Assembly (NCBI RefSeq): GCF_964204645.1
Contig: NC_134029.1
Coordinates: forward strand, 1,922,001-1,986,000
DNA from: Tubulanus polymorphus
Lineage: Eukaryota > Animalia > Nemertea
DNA: 64,000 nucleotides
Reading direction: 5' to 3'
Under the pieces are notes generated by a model. That model was not told where the DNA came from. It did not search any database and saw only the letters and a list, made by a program, of their open reading frames with translations. Made by a program: the position numbers and the translations under genes. Of the stretch, positions 27,201 to 40,215 are shown piece by piece. Numbering within the stretch: the stretch's first letter is position 1; each line of letters starts with the position of its first letter.

Positions 27201-30200
27201 ATGCTATCAACAACTTGCTCAATATCAGGGAAAGTTTCTCCTCTGATCGCTGCTGCTGCTGCTGCTGCTGATACACGGAGCGATATTTAAACCTCCCGTA
27301 GATCTCTGTAGAATAGATTAGCGCTGCTTTCTTGACAATTCATGCCAATCTGAATCTTATTGAAGGATCGCTCGCTGTTTTGAGTGGGAAAACTGCGATA
27401 ACAGAAAATGAGTTGCCTAATCAACCACAACATATAAAGAAACAACTAGAAACTGTTGCATGAGTATGTACTACTGCGCGTTTGAACTAAAAAATTACAA
27501 ACAGCGCATTTCTGAACTCGACACAGGATAATCAAACAAGTCACACAATTCGAATTTTATATGAAATAATTTATCATAATGGAAGCACAACATTTCGCTT
27601 GATGAATAACAGCCATCATCAGGTGAAATGCGATAGTGGATAGAGGATAGTGGACTAAATATTTGTTCAAAAGTAAAAACAAAATGTCATATAATGAACT
27701 GTACTTACTGACAAATGACGTTTCTTTCAGATATCCTCTACGTTTCAGGGTCAACTCGAGGTGACGCTTTGTTTCGAGAATTATGTATTCACTTTTCTCC
27801 AGCGAGATCCATGGCCAGTTCAATGTAAATCTTTGCTTTTCTAAACTGTTACCTCCTATAAGAAATACATTTCATCAGAAAACAAAATAATTTAACGGTT
27901 AAACTTTCTTAAGTCGTCATCTCCTTTTTGAGTCTTAATTAATATTTTCTATTCAATCTACTAAGCGTAAGTCATCATTTGGATAAATGGTTAACATAAT
28001 GATTGCCATAATCATGGCATTTCAAGAAAGTCTGACTGTATTATCAGTAACATTAGCCCAGATGTATGTTTCATCTTTGACATTATGCAGGATCCTGTGA
28101 TTCAAACTGAAGCTCTTGGTTCTCAAAGGGTTAAACCTATTTCGAGGGACATTGAAGACATTCTGATCAGATAATTACAACCATTGCCAATATTCCAAAC
28201 ACGTCTGTGAGTTGTAAATTACACAGTAATTATAGGAATCTTTTCAATTAAGACTATTAAACAGCTACCACAGACTGCGGTCAATCACAGTTACGAGCGA
28301 GCGCGTAACTCACGACTGATCATTGCTGCATAGATCACCAGAAAACATCATCAAAATCATGTTTTATCGAAGCGATTAAAAAGTTGTAATTTAATTTCCT
28401 GACAAGAAAATCGATCTTATCCGCAGCATAAGCCGGGAGCCAGTATCTGAGAATCCCGGATGGATTCACGGTGGTGGTTCCCACCCGGGTATTATCTCGA
28501 TGAAAAAACAAATTACTTCTCGAAAGAGAGAGTTTATGTTGAGGGGAGTATTTCTCGTGAAGATTTAATCACCTTAATCGGCAAAACTTATCACCTGGGC
28601 TTCGAAGAAGCAACTCGCAAAGATAAGTTTAACGTGATAAAACGTTCTTAAAAACGTGAATGTTATCGCTTTGATAAACTAAACATTAGTTTACTACACA
28701 ACCTCAATACAAACTTATGCATGTAGTCTCAACCTTTCAGTCGTTTACATCGTAAAATGATAGCTGACAACTTATTAATTTCTAAATGTTGTAACGAACT
28801 GATGCATGACTTTATTGATCGAGAATTTACTGGAGTCATCTCTCCTCTCTCTATCTCTCCTTGGGAAGTACGACCCATATATCCACAGCGATAGATTTTA
28901 ATTATGGATAAGATCGAAATTTGAAGGGTTTGAATGACAATGTAGAAATCTGCTCATTTTAGTTCAGTGAAATTCCACAGATTGTTCTTGCCTTCGTTAA
29001 TCTAATTTGAATAGAAAATTGTGCGTAGTAAAAATATATAGTAAAATTCCATTCCACCAAAAAACCTGCAAGGGTCAAAATAGGAATGTTTTGAAGGTAT
29101 AGAGTTAGAACCCCACATCCATCAAAGTCAACAATCCTTCTCGTTAGAAAAAAATTACCCCTCCTTCAGGGAGGCGGCAACTCCCTGTAGTAGAACCACC
29201 TGTTGTTGGTGTGAGTGGATTGAGCAATATATTCTCGATAAAAATACTAAACAACACAGAAAGTTTAAAACCCTTATGAAGTTAAGAAATATGCGTCTCT
29301 AGTCTTCGATAAGACTGCAGTTGAGAACCACAAATACGTCTAAATTACGTAAAACATATAAATGTGGCGAGCAACAACATTCGTCAACCGGGAATATTTG
29401 TACTTCATAGATTTCCTGATGATTCATTAAACAACTGATGTAGAAAAAACTCTGCCATATTTGGCTGATGATGGTAATGACTGATCTGGGTAACTAGGTG
29501 ACTCTTTAGTCCACAATAGTAAAGTAGTAACTCATTTGTTTTTTAGATGTATCTCGATCTAGCACAGAATGAATGAAAATTAAAAAAACAACTTCTAGTA
29601 CCCGTATATCCTGGTCTGTGCCCGGGAGCTGAGTTAAAAATCAACCACAATTACATAATCATTGTCTCAATGGATGCATATATACCAGCAGCACTTCACT
29701 GCAGATTACTCTCTCCTCATAATAATCTCTTTTATACTCATATTCATAGAAGGCAATATTACCGCTCCATGTTGTTTACTACAGAATTTCATTTTTAAAT
29801 ATCATTTGACGTGATGTAGTAACCAGCGACGAAAAAATCATTTATGATTTATTCCCATTCATTATATATAGTTGTATAATTAATTCAATTAACATTTGTC
29901 ACTAATAAATCTCCCATTTCCTTATTTGGGATAGATCACAATTCAGTAGAACATTTACAGCAAGTAAAAAATTTGTTCCCAATGCGTGTAAAAGTCTTTG
30001 AATTGGTAGCATTTCGACATTCATTGGCTGATAACTGATTCAATAACTCGTACTTACCCTTATCAGTGACTTTAAATATGAATTCATCACTCGTAGCATT
30101 AATACCTCGTGTTAAAACATATTTGATTCTCGATCCATCGATATCATCTACAAAAATAAACAAATCATTTATTTCAACAAAACTGTCTAAAAAAACTCCA

Positions 30201-33200
30201 CTTACAAACCCATCCCATTTTTGTTCAAGACTTTCGCATTTTAATTTCAATAGTAAAAACAGCTGAAAATTATTCAAGGTTAAAAGACAAACCAAGCGAA
30301 AATAAATGATTCAAAGGATAAATACACGTAGGGCGCACCTGATAATAGGTTAGCTTACTAACTAAATATCAACCTCATACCTAATTAACCTAATAACATA
30401 AACATAGATTATAGACCAGTAACTCATTCAACACCAGTACTATTACCCTTCATACTGAAATTACTCAGTTCAGAGTACTATTAATTTCTTCAGTAAAAAT
30501 GCAGTTTCAGTATCAGACATATCAATGAATCATAGAATTCCCATATTTGGTAGTGATTTTAAACGATAGAATGCACAAAACAACATAATTTCATTCGTAT
30601 CAGGTCTGGGATGATTCGGAAAGAAGATTCCACCTCACAGATAGCACTTTGATACACTCACAACACTTCCATCTAAAATCTGTTAGGACAGTGGGGGGAC
30701 CTTTATGTTTTCGTAAGAAACATTCACTTTTTTGTTTTTGTGGTAAAACAACATCACTAACAACGCGATGATACAGTTTTTCTATTGTGCCCGAGATACA
30801 AATAATATTTTTTCGGCGGCGCCAAGCATCGAGTAACGAAAACATTCGGCTTTTAACGTTCGTCCCTGGCGATGATGATGATGAAAGCGCTGTTTATCAA
30901 ATTGCGAGAGCGCAACGAAATTATAAGACAAGAGAAAACAGATGAAAGATCGATATAATGAGATTAAGAACGTTGATTTTACAGCAGAATGAACATCTAT
31001 TCCAGCAGAGATAATTCTGAGCAGGAACTTATCTCGTTTGCTTCACTGGAAATCTCGCCGAAGCTGCGAGGATTCTATGTCAATTTATCATTGACTTGTT
31101 AATCCATGTCAGGCTTTATTCGTACAATAATGGACCGAATGAAACATCTATCACGCTATTTGATGGTCAATCTTTGATACTCGTAGGCTTCGGCGCTGAT
31201 CAATAAATTTTCACTATCGCAACATTTGATCAATACTAAAATCTAGCCTCGAATCAAATCTACGGATACGAAAAATACACGACTAAACTACATTCTATAA
31301 TCAATAACAAAAGTTTTTAAAGTGGGATGAATTTTTTAAAGAAAATGCGTGTTATGTCTGGATTAATTTTTTTTAGGTGCGAGGTCATCTTATGAAAAAC
31401 AGTCAAACTACGCAGAGATAACGGCACTAATTATTTCAAAACGAACAAGTAGGAACAGGTAGGTGCGCTGAGAAAGAATCTGGTGTAATGATATTCACGT
31501 GTAAAAATCATCATCAAAAGCAGGTTGATGAGAGACTGGGAGTGGAGGAAGAGTAACAACACAAGGTGCTAATACTCGTGTAAGTTTTAACAATCATCGA
31601 GCTGTGGCCCTGGACTGAAATTTGGAGGACTTCATCGAGAGGATAGACTGAACGTTTTTGAATCAGTCAAAACGATAGAATTTCAGGAAAAGAATGTATA
31701 ATTTACAGACAGTATAGAGAAACAGTAAGCGCACATGATTTGTTGATATGACAGGAATTTAAGAAGCTGAGTTGTTGTAAAGAGTAAAGAATGAAACAAC
31801 TGTTTTTTCACATCAGTTCCATTCACATACAACACACAACCACTTTAACTAATACTGAGCTTCTCAAGCACCGCGTTCGTTCGCAGTTCAGTTTCAAGTA
31901 TTCTGTAGGAAAACTTGAAACAATTTGTTCTCAGTAAAGGAGCGTTTTGACACGATTTTCCTTCAGATTTCAGAAGGAACGCTTCATGAACTGGATAGAT
32001 GAAAGATTGCATTCCCGATATTCCCGATACATCTGCTTCAATTGAAGCGCGAAATGAAACCATCGTTCCAGATTTACAAATGAATTAATAATAGGAATAA
32101 AATAATCTCAGTTTCTGCATCGATGAACGACAAAATCCATCAACAAATCAGACAGACTGAATTCAGCAACAGTTGACTGACTGCTACGACTCCAGGGACT
32201 TCGAGATCTGTTGTTTTTATCAGCGAATTCATCAGCACCGATATATCAAATATTATGACATCTCGAGAAGACCGGTATGAGTCACCCCAATTATAAAATC
32301 TCCGTCTAAAGTCTACACGACAAATAATTGTCATCAATGATACCATTTACTACGACTAGGCAAACATTGACGACTAGCAAATATTGACTAGCGCCCGTAT
32401 AATCCTAGTCAGTACAACAATAACGTCGCTTTCATGAATTACAAGAGTCCGCACGGGAACATAGATCGGTTTTTTCGAGTACCCTCATGTTCTATTTCAA
32501 ATAGTTACAATAGTTTCTTCTGCGTTCATCATACCTCGCCGTAAATGTATTATAAGTGGATGATGGTTTCCAAAAACATTTGTAGCATCGGAGCAGGATA
32601 TTGAGCTAACAAAAATCAAAGAGTTGAACTTACAGTGAACTATATAAATCCTCTAGAATATCTACAACGTAAATAGAATGATGCCACAAATTTTACATTC
32701 ATTAAAATGTAACCAATGTTTCCACTGTTGACACAGGTATCATCAGAAACAACGAACTTGTCTTGTGTTTCATCGCATAAAATAAAGTGTTTCATTCGAC
32801 TTCTAGATGATATTTTGAAAAACGGTTTTTTCCCCGATCAAGAATTCGCTGCAGAAAACTTTCCCTAAGCTTCAGTTCATCGCGTCCTCGTAGCATCACC
32901 TGCCTAGAAACTTTTGAACTTTCAGCCCTTCGGAAAACAGTCTATTTCAAAACAATAACCTTTTGTAGTTTAAACGAAGCGTGAAACCGGGTGATAAATA
33001 AATCTAAGTGTGAGATGATGAATATCTGTGTGAGATGGATAGATTGAAGAACATACTATAAGAGATTTCAGTTGTAATGAAAACACTTGTTTTACAAGTT
33101 ACATGTACTCACACCTGACTAGACGGATTTAACACTATCTTATATCCTGTAGCATAAAACTTGTATCTTCACCTCTTTCATTCTGTTCTATCACTGATCA

Positions 33201-36200
33201 TATCGCGCTTCTAACTATTTCAGTTTTGCTCACGGCAATAGTCAAGAATCATTTGAAATTGTTCTTACCTTGGCTCCACGACGTTGTATTCAGGCCGCCT
33301 TTACCCAAATCCACCAATATCCCATATTTTGGCGAATGCGTGACTTCGAAGTCTAGCGATTTCGGAGGACTGTCTCTGTCTAAAACATTCAGTTCCCTGT
33401 TAGAAATGATTGCTCCGTATCGCTGCCCATTATCGTCGAGACTCAGAGATGAAACTCCGAAGTTCGCTCCTATGTAAGGAACGCCGTTATCGACCGGAAT
33501 GATTTTGATCTGTAATAACTGAGGTCTTCTGGTCGTACTTCTCGTGTTCGGATAAACGTAAAAGTCGTAATGCGAACCGTCGGTGACAACGAACATGAAT
33601 TTATCTTCGATCGTTTCCGTTCCGTCGTGTTCGTAACTGATCAGATTCTGATTTAAATCGTCCATAGTAAACTGATGAGTGCTGGGTAAACCGGCTTTTA
33701 ACAGGCGTCCGTGCATCGGAGACTGCGTCACGTGAAACTTTACTTTATTGTCCTCCGTGTCGCGATCTACGGCTTTTAGATTAAACGGAGTTATCAACTT
33801 CGACTTTCCTTCTTTCACCGACAACGGACTGAACATCAATACGGGTTTTTTATTATCGATATCGCTGATTGAAATGCGGAAAGTTTGAACGATCGTATTG
33901 AATCCATCGGTGACTTTAAACTCGAAACTATCCATCCTTTCTTCATCGTCGCTTGTGTGAACGTATTTGATTTTATTACCGGCGAGTTCTAATTGCGTAA
34001 ACTGCGTAATCCTTTCTCCCGGTTTATCGACGGATTCGAGGTGACCGCTGCGCGGACTGCGACTGATCGTATAAATCAGGTTCTCGTCGGGACTGTTCCG
34101 ATCGGAGGTCGACAGAACGTCGGTCGTTATGACGACGTCGCCGCCCTCGGCGAGTTCGACTCCGCTGTTCACGACTTGAGGATAAATCAGATCAACTCCA
34201 TCGACTACGATATGAAAATACTGATCGACCAACGGATTAAAACCATCGGTAACATCGAATTTAATCAGATCACGATAATCTCCGGATCCTTTATGGAAAT
34301 AACGTAACTGACCGGCGTCGAGTTCTCGCTGAGTGAAGTTCATCGAAGTCGTCAGGTTTTCAGTGATCTGGTTTTTAACTCGTTGTAGTTTACCGTGAGT
34401 CGGTTCTTTCCAAATGACGTAAAGAAGATTCTCGTCGTCCGAGTCGAGGTCAGTCGCTCTGAGGACGTCGTTACTGATCAGACGCATTTTACCTCGTTCT
34501 ACGTGTAAACCATTATTAACCTCGAGAACCGGTGTTTCGTCGTCCACTGGTATCACGGCGACCACGACTTTATTGTCGACGCTGTGAATACCGTCGGAAA
34601 CCCGGATCTTGAATTCGTCGGACTTCGTTTCGGAATCATCGTGTTCGTAAACGAGTGTCGAAGCGACGGAAATATCGGCCAGCGAGAAATTATGAGCGAG
34701 GACGGCTCCGGTCGGTTTCTGACGGAGAATACTACCGTGCGTCGGATGTTCTAAGATCGTAAAGAAGAGTTTATCGGGAGGAACGTCTCGATCTAACGCG
34801 TTCAGTATCGGAGTATCGATCTGTAAACTTCGTCCTTCTAAAACTACGAATTCTCGTACATAGATTTCGGGAGGTTCGTCGTTTTGCGGGAGAATGATCA
34901 CCGGGAATTGATATTTCGGCGACGAGTTAACGCCGTCCGAACATCTGAATGAGAATTTATCTTCTACCGGTTCTAAACCTTTATGAATACTTTGAACGTA
35001 GTTTATTTTGCCGCCGTAGATTTCTTTAATAGTGTAAGAACTGATCATGATCCCGAGACGTGGTTTCTGTGAACCGGGAGCAGGCGAGATGTTCTCCAGG
35101 TATCCGTGCTGCGGTTGATCCGTAATCGTACACACGATATCGGTCATCTCCGTGTCCGTATCACTGGCCATTAAATGCGGAGACATGATGGCAGCTTTAC
35201 CTCCTTCTTCAACCGTAAAAACATGTCCAATTACGATAACAGGTGCTTCGTTATCGATAGGAAGTATAGTTATATAAATAGTCACTTTATTGATCTTGTT
35301 TCCGCCGACTATCCAGTCATGTGACATGTCCGAGATCGTTAGATTGAAACTGTCTTTGCGACTTTTCAGTCCGATTTCTCCCCCGACGTGACGATAACTG
35401 ATGCGACCTTCGACGACATCTTTCTGCGTAAACTGACGAACTCTTCTTCCGTTCAAAGCCACAATTCCTTCTCTAGGTTGGACGTCGATTATGAAGGTCA
35501 GTAGAAGGTCATCCGTGTCTCGATCTATGGCACGGATTTTATCGGTAGTTAAAGTCACCGACTGACCTTCACCGACCTCCAGGAACACGCTCAGACTTCC
35601 ATCAGGAACTTCTAAAGTTGGAGCTTCATCGTCGATACTCTTTATTTCTATATTAACCGAACCCTCTACGTGGTGAATGCCATCAGTTACATCGAAACAG
35701 AAATTATCGAGCTCCATCTCGACTCCTGTATTCACGTAAACCATTGCCCCGCGCTGGATGTCGTCGCGTTTAAACTTGTCACCGACTTGTAACATTTTAC
35801 CATCAAGTTGAATCCGTCCGTGGTCGGGTAAATCAGTGATCGTAAAGATCAGATTATTCACATCTGTATCGGGATCTACGACATCTAGCACGTCAGTTTT
35901 CAGCACGTAGAATCCGTTCTCCATTACTCTAAATTTCCGATGTAAAACCGTCGGTGGTTTATTATCGATCGGTCTCAAACTGATCTTAAACATCTGATCG
36001 GGTAAAGCGTTACCATTCGGATCCTCGACTTTATAGTTGAATATGACGACTCTGGTTGCGATTCCGAGTTCTTCGCTAGGTGGTTTATAAGCGATTAGAT
36101 GATGGTTCACCTGCGCCTGGTTGAAAGTTGTCACTTCTACGCTCGGATTGTCGGTTAGAACAATTTTTCCAGCGTTCGAACGTTTCGATTCGTCGATATC

Positions 36201-38267
36201 GTGCGGTAGTTTAGTGATGGTATATTTGATATCTCGATCGTGAGTAGTTTCGTCCGTATAGCGCAGGTGATGTTTACCAAACGGCGTCAATATCGACTCC
36301 TGTACGACCATCTGCATTTTGGCATCGGGATGCATCTGAGGTGGACTGCTATCGTACGGTAGAACTTTGATAACTATTTCCTTATCGGACGATTCGTTCG
36401 GTGGCACGTTATTGTCGAGAACGTGAAAACGTAGTCGATCCATGAACGGATGAGAACGTTGATCTCCGACGTGTTTATAATAAACTCGCTCGTCGTCGAT
36501 GTCTCTTCGCGTCCACTGCATCACCGCGCGTTCGTAATGATCGTTCACTCGTCGCCAGGTCTTCGGTTCAAACGGAGCCTGCGTCTGCCGGAACACGACC
36601 TGACTCTCGCGAGAAAATGGCGGCACCAAACGGAACCGGATACTGGAATCCTCGCTGTCGACGTCGGTCGCGCTGAGAATAAACCGAGATATCAGGAAAT
36701 AGTCACCGCGTCTGATAGTAATACCGGTGTTTATATCGACGACTGGCGCCGTGTCATCGACTGGGTAGATTATAACCGCAAACAGAAACTCAACTTCATT
36801 CGTTCCGTCCGTCATACGAAACACGATATTATCGCTGTACGTATCGCTACCATCGTGCTGGTACGTGACTAACCCCGATGCCAGATCAGACGGAGTAAAA
36901 TATTCCCTCTTTCCACCCAGAATGTGTAATTCACCGTGTCTTAATCCACCGATAACCGAAACCCGAACCAATCTCAGGTTATCTTCATCGGAAATTTCTA
37001 GATTCAATAATTTGATCGTGCGCGACTGTCCTTCGTATAGTGATAACCCGGTATTTGTGGTTACTATCGGAGCGAGCGTATTCTTCGGTTTAACGACGAT
37101 CATCAGAGTAAACGGATCGGATATTAACCCTTCCTCGTCCACAGCGACCATCTCCGCCTGGAATATTCGCTGATTATTCGAATCAGAACTCGGCGGTGTG
37201 TAAGCGATTTTCAGATCCTTTACATCACTCTGTCTGAATTCGGTAATCTCGCGTCGTCTGTCATCGGTGCTGACAATCATCCCTCCTCCGTTAGGCAGCC
37301 GTCCGGAGACGCGAAATACTAAATTACTAGCCGGCGTTTCTAAGTCTTCAGCGGCGAGGATTTTAGTGGTAATTGCCGTCATCACGAACTGATTGACTTC
37401 CATTATCAAGTGAGCTCGAGGGTTCGCTTTAGGTTTCGTGTTTTTGTGGCCGCTTTTGATTTCGACTGTGATTTGAAAATACTCGCGCCTGACGTTGCCC
37501 ATATTATCGGTAACTTCCGCTAACATTGGAATGAAATCTTGTTGAGGAGATCTGAGAGTTTTCGTGTGACGGTACCGATGTCCCGACGTTATAAACTCCG
37601 TACAACTTTTCTCGATCAAATCTTCTAATTCTCCTTCGAGTTTTCCGTATCGAGGAAGATTGCCGATATTGCCGTCCGTTAAACTACCGATCACGCTTAA
37701 AGCGCATCTTTCATTTTCTTTGTTGAAATTGAAATTTAAAACGGTATTATCGATGATTTGACTGAATCGCTCGTTACGCGGTACTTCTAAAGGCTGGTTT
37801 TTCTCGATGATATCGAACGGTTCGAAAGTGATTTTAACTGTCATTAGAAATGGAATGATTAAAGTTTCTGCCGGGGAATCGTATTTGATCTGTAATTTAA
37901 TGGTGTCTTTCACCGGGCTACGCGCCCCGAAATGAGAATAATAAACAGCCCCCGGAGCAAAACGACAAGGAAACTCACCACTAGGGGGCGCAAACATTAA
38001 TCCCGGTTTCCACGGATTAGTGACATCGTGCAAGATTTTCACAACGCAAGAATCTCCCGGTTCGACGTGAATTCCTAAATGTCTATTCGGATCTAAATAC
38101 ACAGTCCGCCCGAATGGTACCGATAATTGTCTGTTTACCCGTAGTATATTCTGTTCCAATAAGTGACTGTAATCTTGCGTAAAACTTTCTCCGATCAGTA
38201 AAAATACAGTCATCTCGACGAATCGGATGAATATCAAACTCACGTTCGAAAAATTCGGTCCATTCAT
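15255..38267 (-). CDS. FREM2: FRAS1-related extracellular matrix protein 2/3 / ECM3-like (CSPG repeats, Calx-beta repeats, C-terminal TM helix)
   Basis: A giant exon (33269-~38480) encodes a hydrophobic leader after M at 38267 and a run of CSPG/cadherin-like repeats (FTQxxV/L...YxHxG..., DxFxFxVTDG, PVDDExP). It is followed by phase-consistent exons 30058-30147, 27709-27855, 24948-25028, 24501-24650 and further Calx-beta exons ([34 protein letters not shown]). Then [11 protein letters not shown] and [18 protein letters not shown], and a last exon 15255-15735 with VDAGRQWY, furin-like [34 protein letters not shown] and a short tail. Start codon uncertain (several in-frame ATGs 38267-38315). 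Probably co-orthologous to vertebrate FREM2 and FREM3. Confidence 0.93.
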
Positions 38268-38816
38268 CTTCGTGTTCCTGGATGCTGGAATCATGATCAA
38301 CATCATCTCCCGCATCAAAGTAAAGCTACACTCACAGATTGTGCCATGTAGTGACACTGAGAGAGAGAGAGTGGATGTAAAGTGGTGCACACTCAGCGGT
38401 GGTTCACTGTGTAATAACAGTGCAGCAACTTTGAGAGAAGCGAGAAGCACATGGCTACTCAGGGTGTAGGAATACGCTGTCTAAAGATAAACAAACTAAA
38501 AACCAAATTTACACCTACAATTCCCATATCAATCCATCATAAAGAAAACTTACTTATTGAAACCATCAATATTTTCACGAAATAACTGTTTTGAAGCGAA
38601 AGACAAAAGATACAAGATAAAACTACATTCACCGCGTTGGAATATTAAGTACTTCGCCCCGATCATGTAAACATCGCGGAATTGCTCTTACTTATCATTC
38701 AAATTTAAAGCATCCTTAACCGACAAAGATTTAAAAACCCGTCTCATATAGCCGGAGAACACTCGAAGCAACTATAAGAAATGCCAGATTAATGAATATA
38801 ATGCAAATATACTTAC

Positions 38817-39230
38817 CAAATCGATGATAATCAATAGAGCGTTAAAGCTGCAGAGCGTAACTGAAGCGACTCGTTCGCCATCTATCGTAGAGCGAAGGTG
38901 AGCGATTCTCCGCGCGCACACTCACTTGCCAGGGCCAATCTCAGAGTATTCAATTTAAATAGCATACTTTATTGAGATTTACCCAAAAGATCAGCTGTTA
39001 CACAATGATTCACAATGTGAATATACAACGAGGGCATATATAAAATAAAAAAAAAACAGAATATAAGATTCAGGTTTAGTATCGACGTATTATGAGGCGG
39101 ATATGGGTGTACTGAAGTGAATTCACTTGCCAGAGCTGGCTTCAGATAGATCAAAGATGGCGGCCGCAGCAGCTTATCACCAGAGCATTTATTGCGAAGA
39201 ATAACACGTATAAAATAAACGTTAGTCGTT
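38817..39230. promoter_or_regulatory. Candidate compact bidirectional promoter between FREM2-like (minus) and FBXW7 (plus)
   Basis: A minus-strand donor (ttg|gtaagt at 38817) marks a likely FREM2 5'UTR exon. CpG-rich patch at 38870-38920, CCAAT at ~38935, TCACTTGCCAG repeated at 38922 and 39123, and a YY1-type AAGATGGCGGC at 39154-39164 on plus. TSS positions are inferred. Confidence 0.55.
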
Positions 39231-40113
39231 TTAGATTATTATTTTCGTAATTTGAGAATCGAGAATCTCATTAGAGATTTAGGATTTACTTCATATACCA
39301 GAAATAGAATCAGATAGGATCGAAAAACAGCGCTTCCAGGGTGAATAAAAAGTTCAATTCAATCAAATTCATTTGTTCTTCGCTTCATTCAACTTTTCCT
39401 TTCGTTGTGTGTAGGTCTAATTACCCTTTCTTGAGCGAGTCCTTAGTGATTTCATCAATAAGAACTAAACCACTTCATCTTCGAATTTTAAGGCGTTTGA
39501 TAAATACCTTCCCTTTAATGAGGCAGTATCACTTATGATCAGGGATACTACTACTAACTACTAATCTAATGAAAACAACCAACAGAAGGGTGTGCCACCC
39601 TTCCTTTTAGCTTGAAGCAAACCACAGGGGATCATATTCGGAGGTTGTGCGTAAATAGTAGCCCTCAAATTATCCAATATCCCAGGTTCTATAAAGTAAT
39701 ACATAGGCCTACCACCAAGTTAGATCAGAAAAAAACACTTACCTTGAACAAATTGAATTATGACGTGAGATATCTTAAAGTTAAAGAAGCAAGTCTTATG
39801 ATGAGTAAATGGACTGTAGGTATTTTTTAGGCCTACCTTTGATATCATCGCAGTGATATATGGGCTATGAGAGTGAGATTTTCATTTATCACTAAGTTCC
39901 TGTTGATAGAAGATTCCTCTGAGACACTATTATCAGGTCTTGCACCTCCTCAAGATTTTTAAGTTTTGATAAATGTGACGTGCCCCGAGCTCTTAATTCA
40001 GACTGCATAATAATTACTTGTAAACCTTTCATTTTGCTTTACTTGCAAGAGTTTCTCAATTAGAGATGTCTGAATTTGAATGTCTGTCTTTATTTTAGAA
40101 ATGAAACACAGAT

Positions 40114-40215
40114 ATGGATGATAGAGTTGATATAAATACAGCAAGCTGCAAAGACTTAGAAGCATTGATAGGAATTGGTCAAACTAAAGCCAATGCCATT
40201 ATCAGTATGAGGGAG
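40114..40215 (+). CDS. FBXW7 5' coding exon: first half of a ComEA-type (HhH)2 domain, [34 protein letters not shown]
   Basis: Acceptor ttttag| at 40098, upstream in-frame TGA (40102-40104), ATG at 40114, strong donor GAG|gtaag in phase 0. The translation fits the 'INTAS..EL..LPGIG..KA..II..RE' pattern. Confidence 0.85.

Noticed and set aside
33993-37173. Plus-strand ORFs (104, 140, 102 aa) inside the giant FREM2 exon
   Set aside because: Antisense shadows of a GC-richer coding exon, with no independent support.
38268-38450. ORF-track N-terminal extension of the 1733-aa ORF from a GTG start
   Set aside because: Non-ATG start in a eukaryote. The region looks like 5' UTR, and the signal-like segment follows M at 38267.
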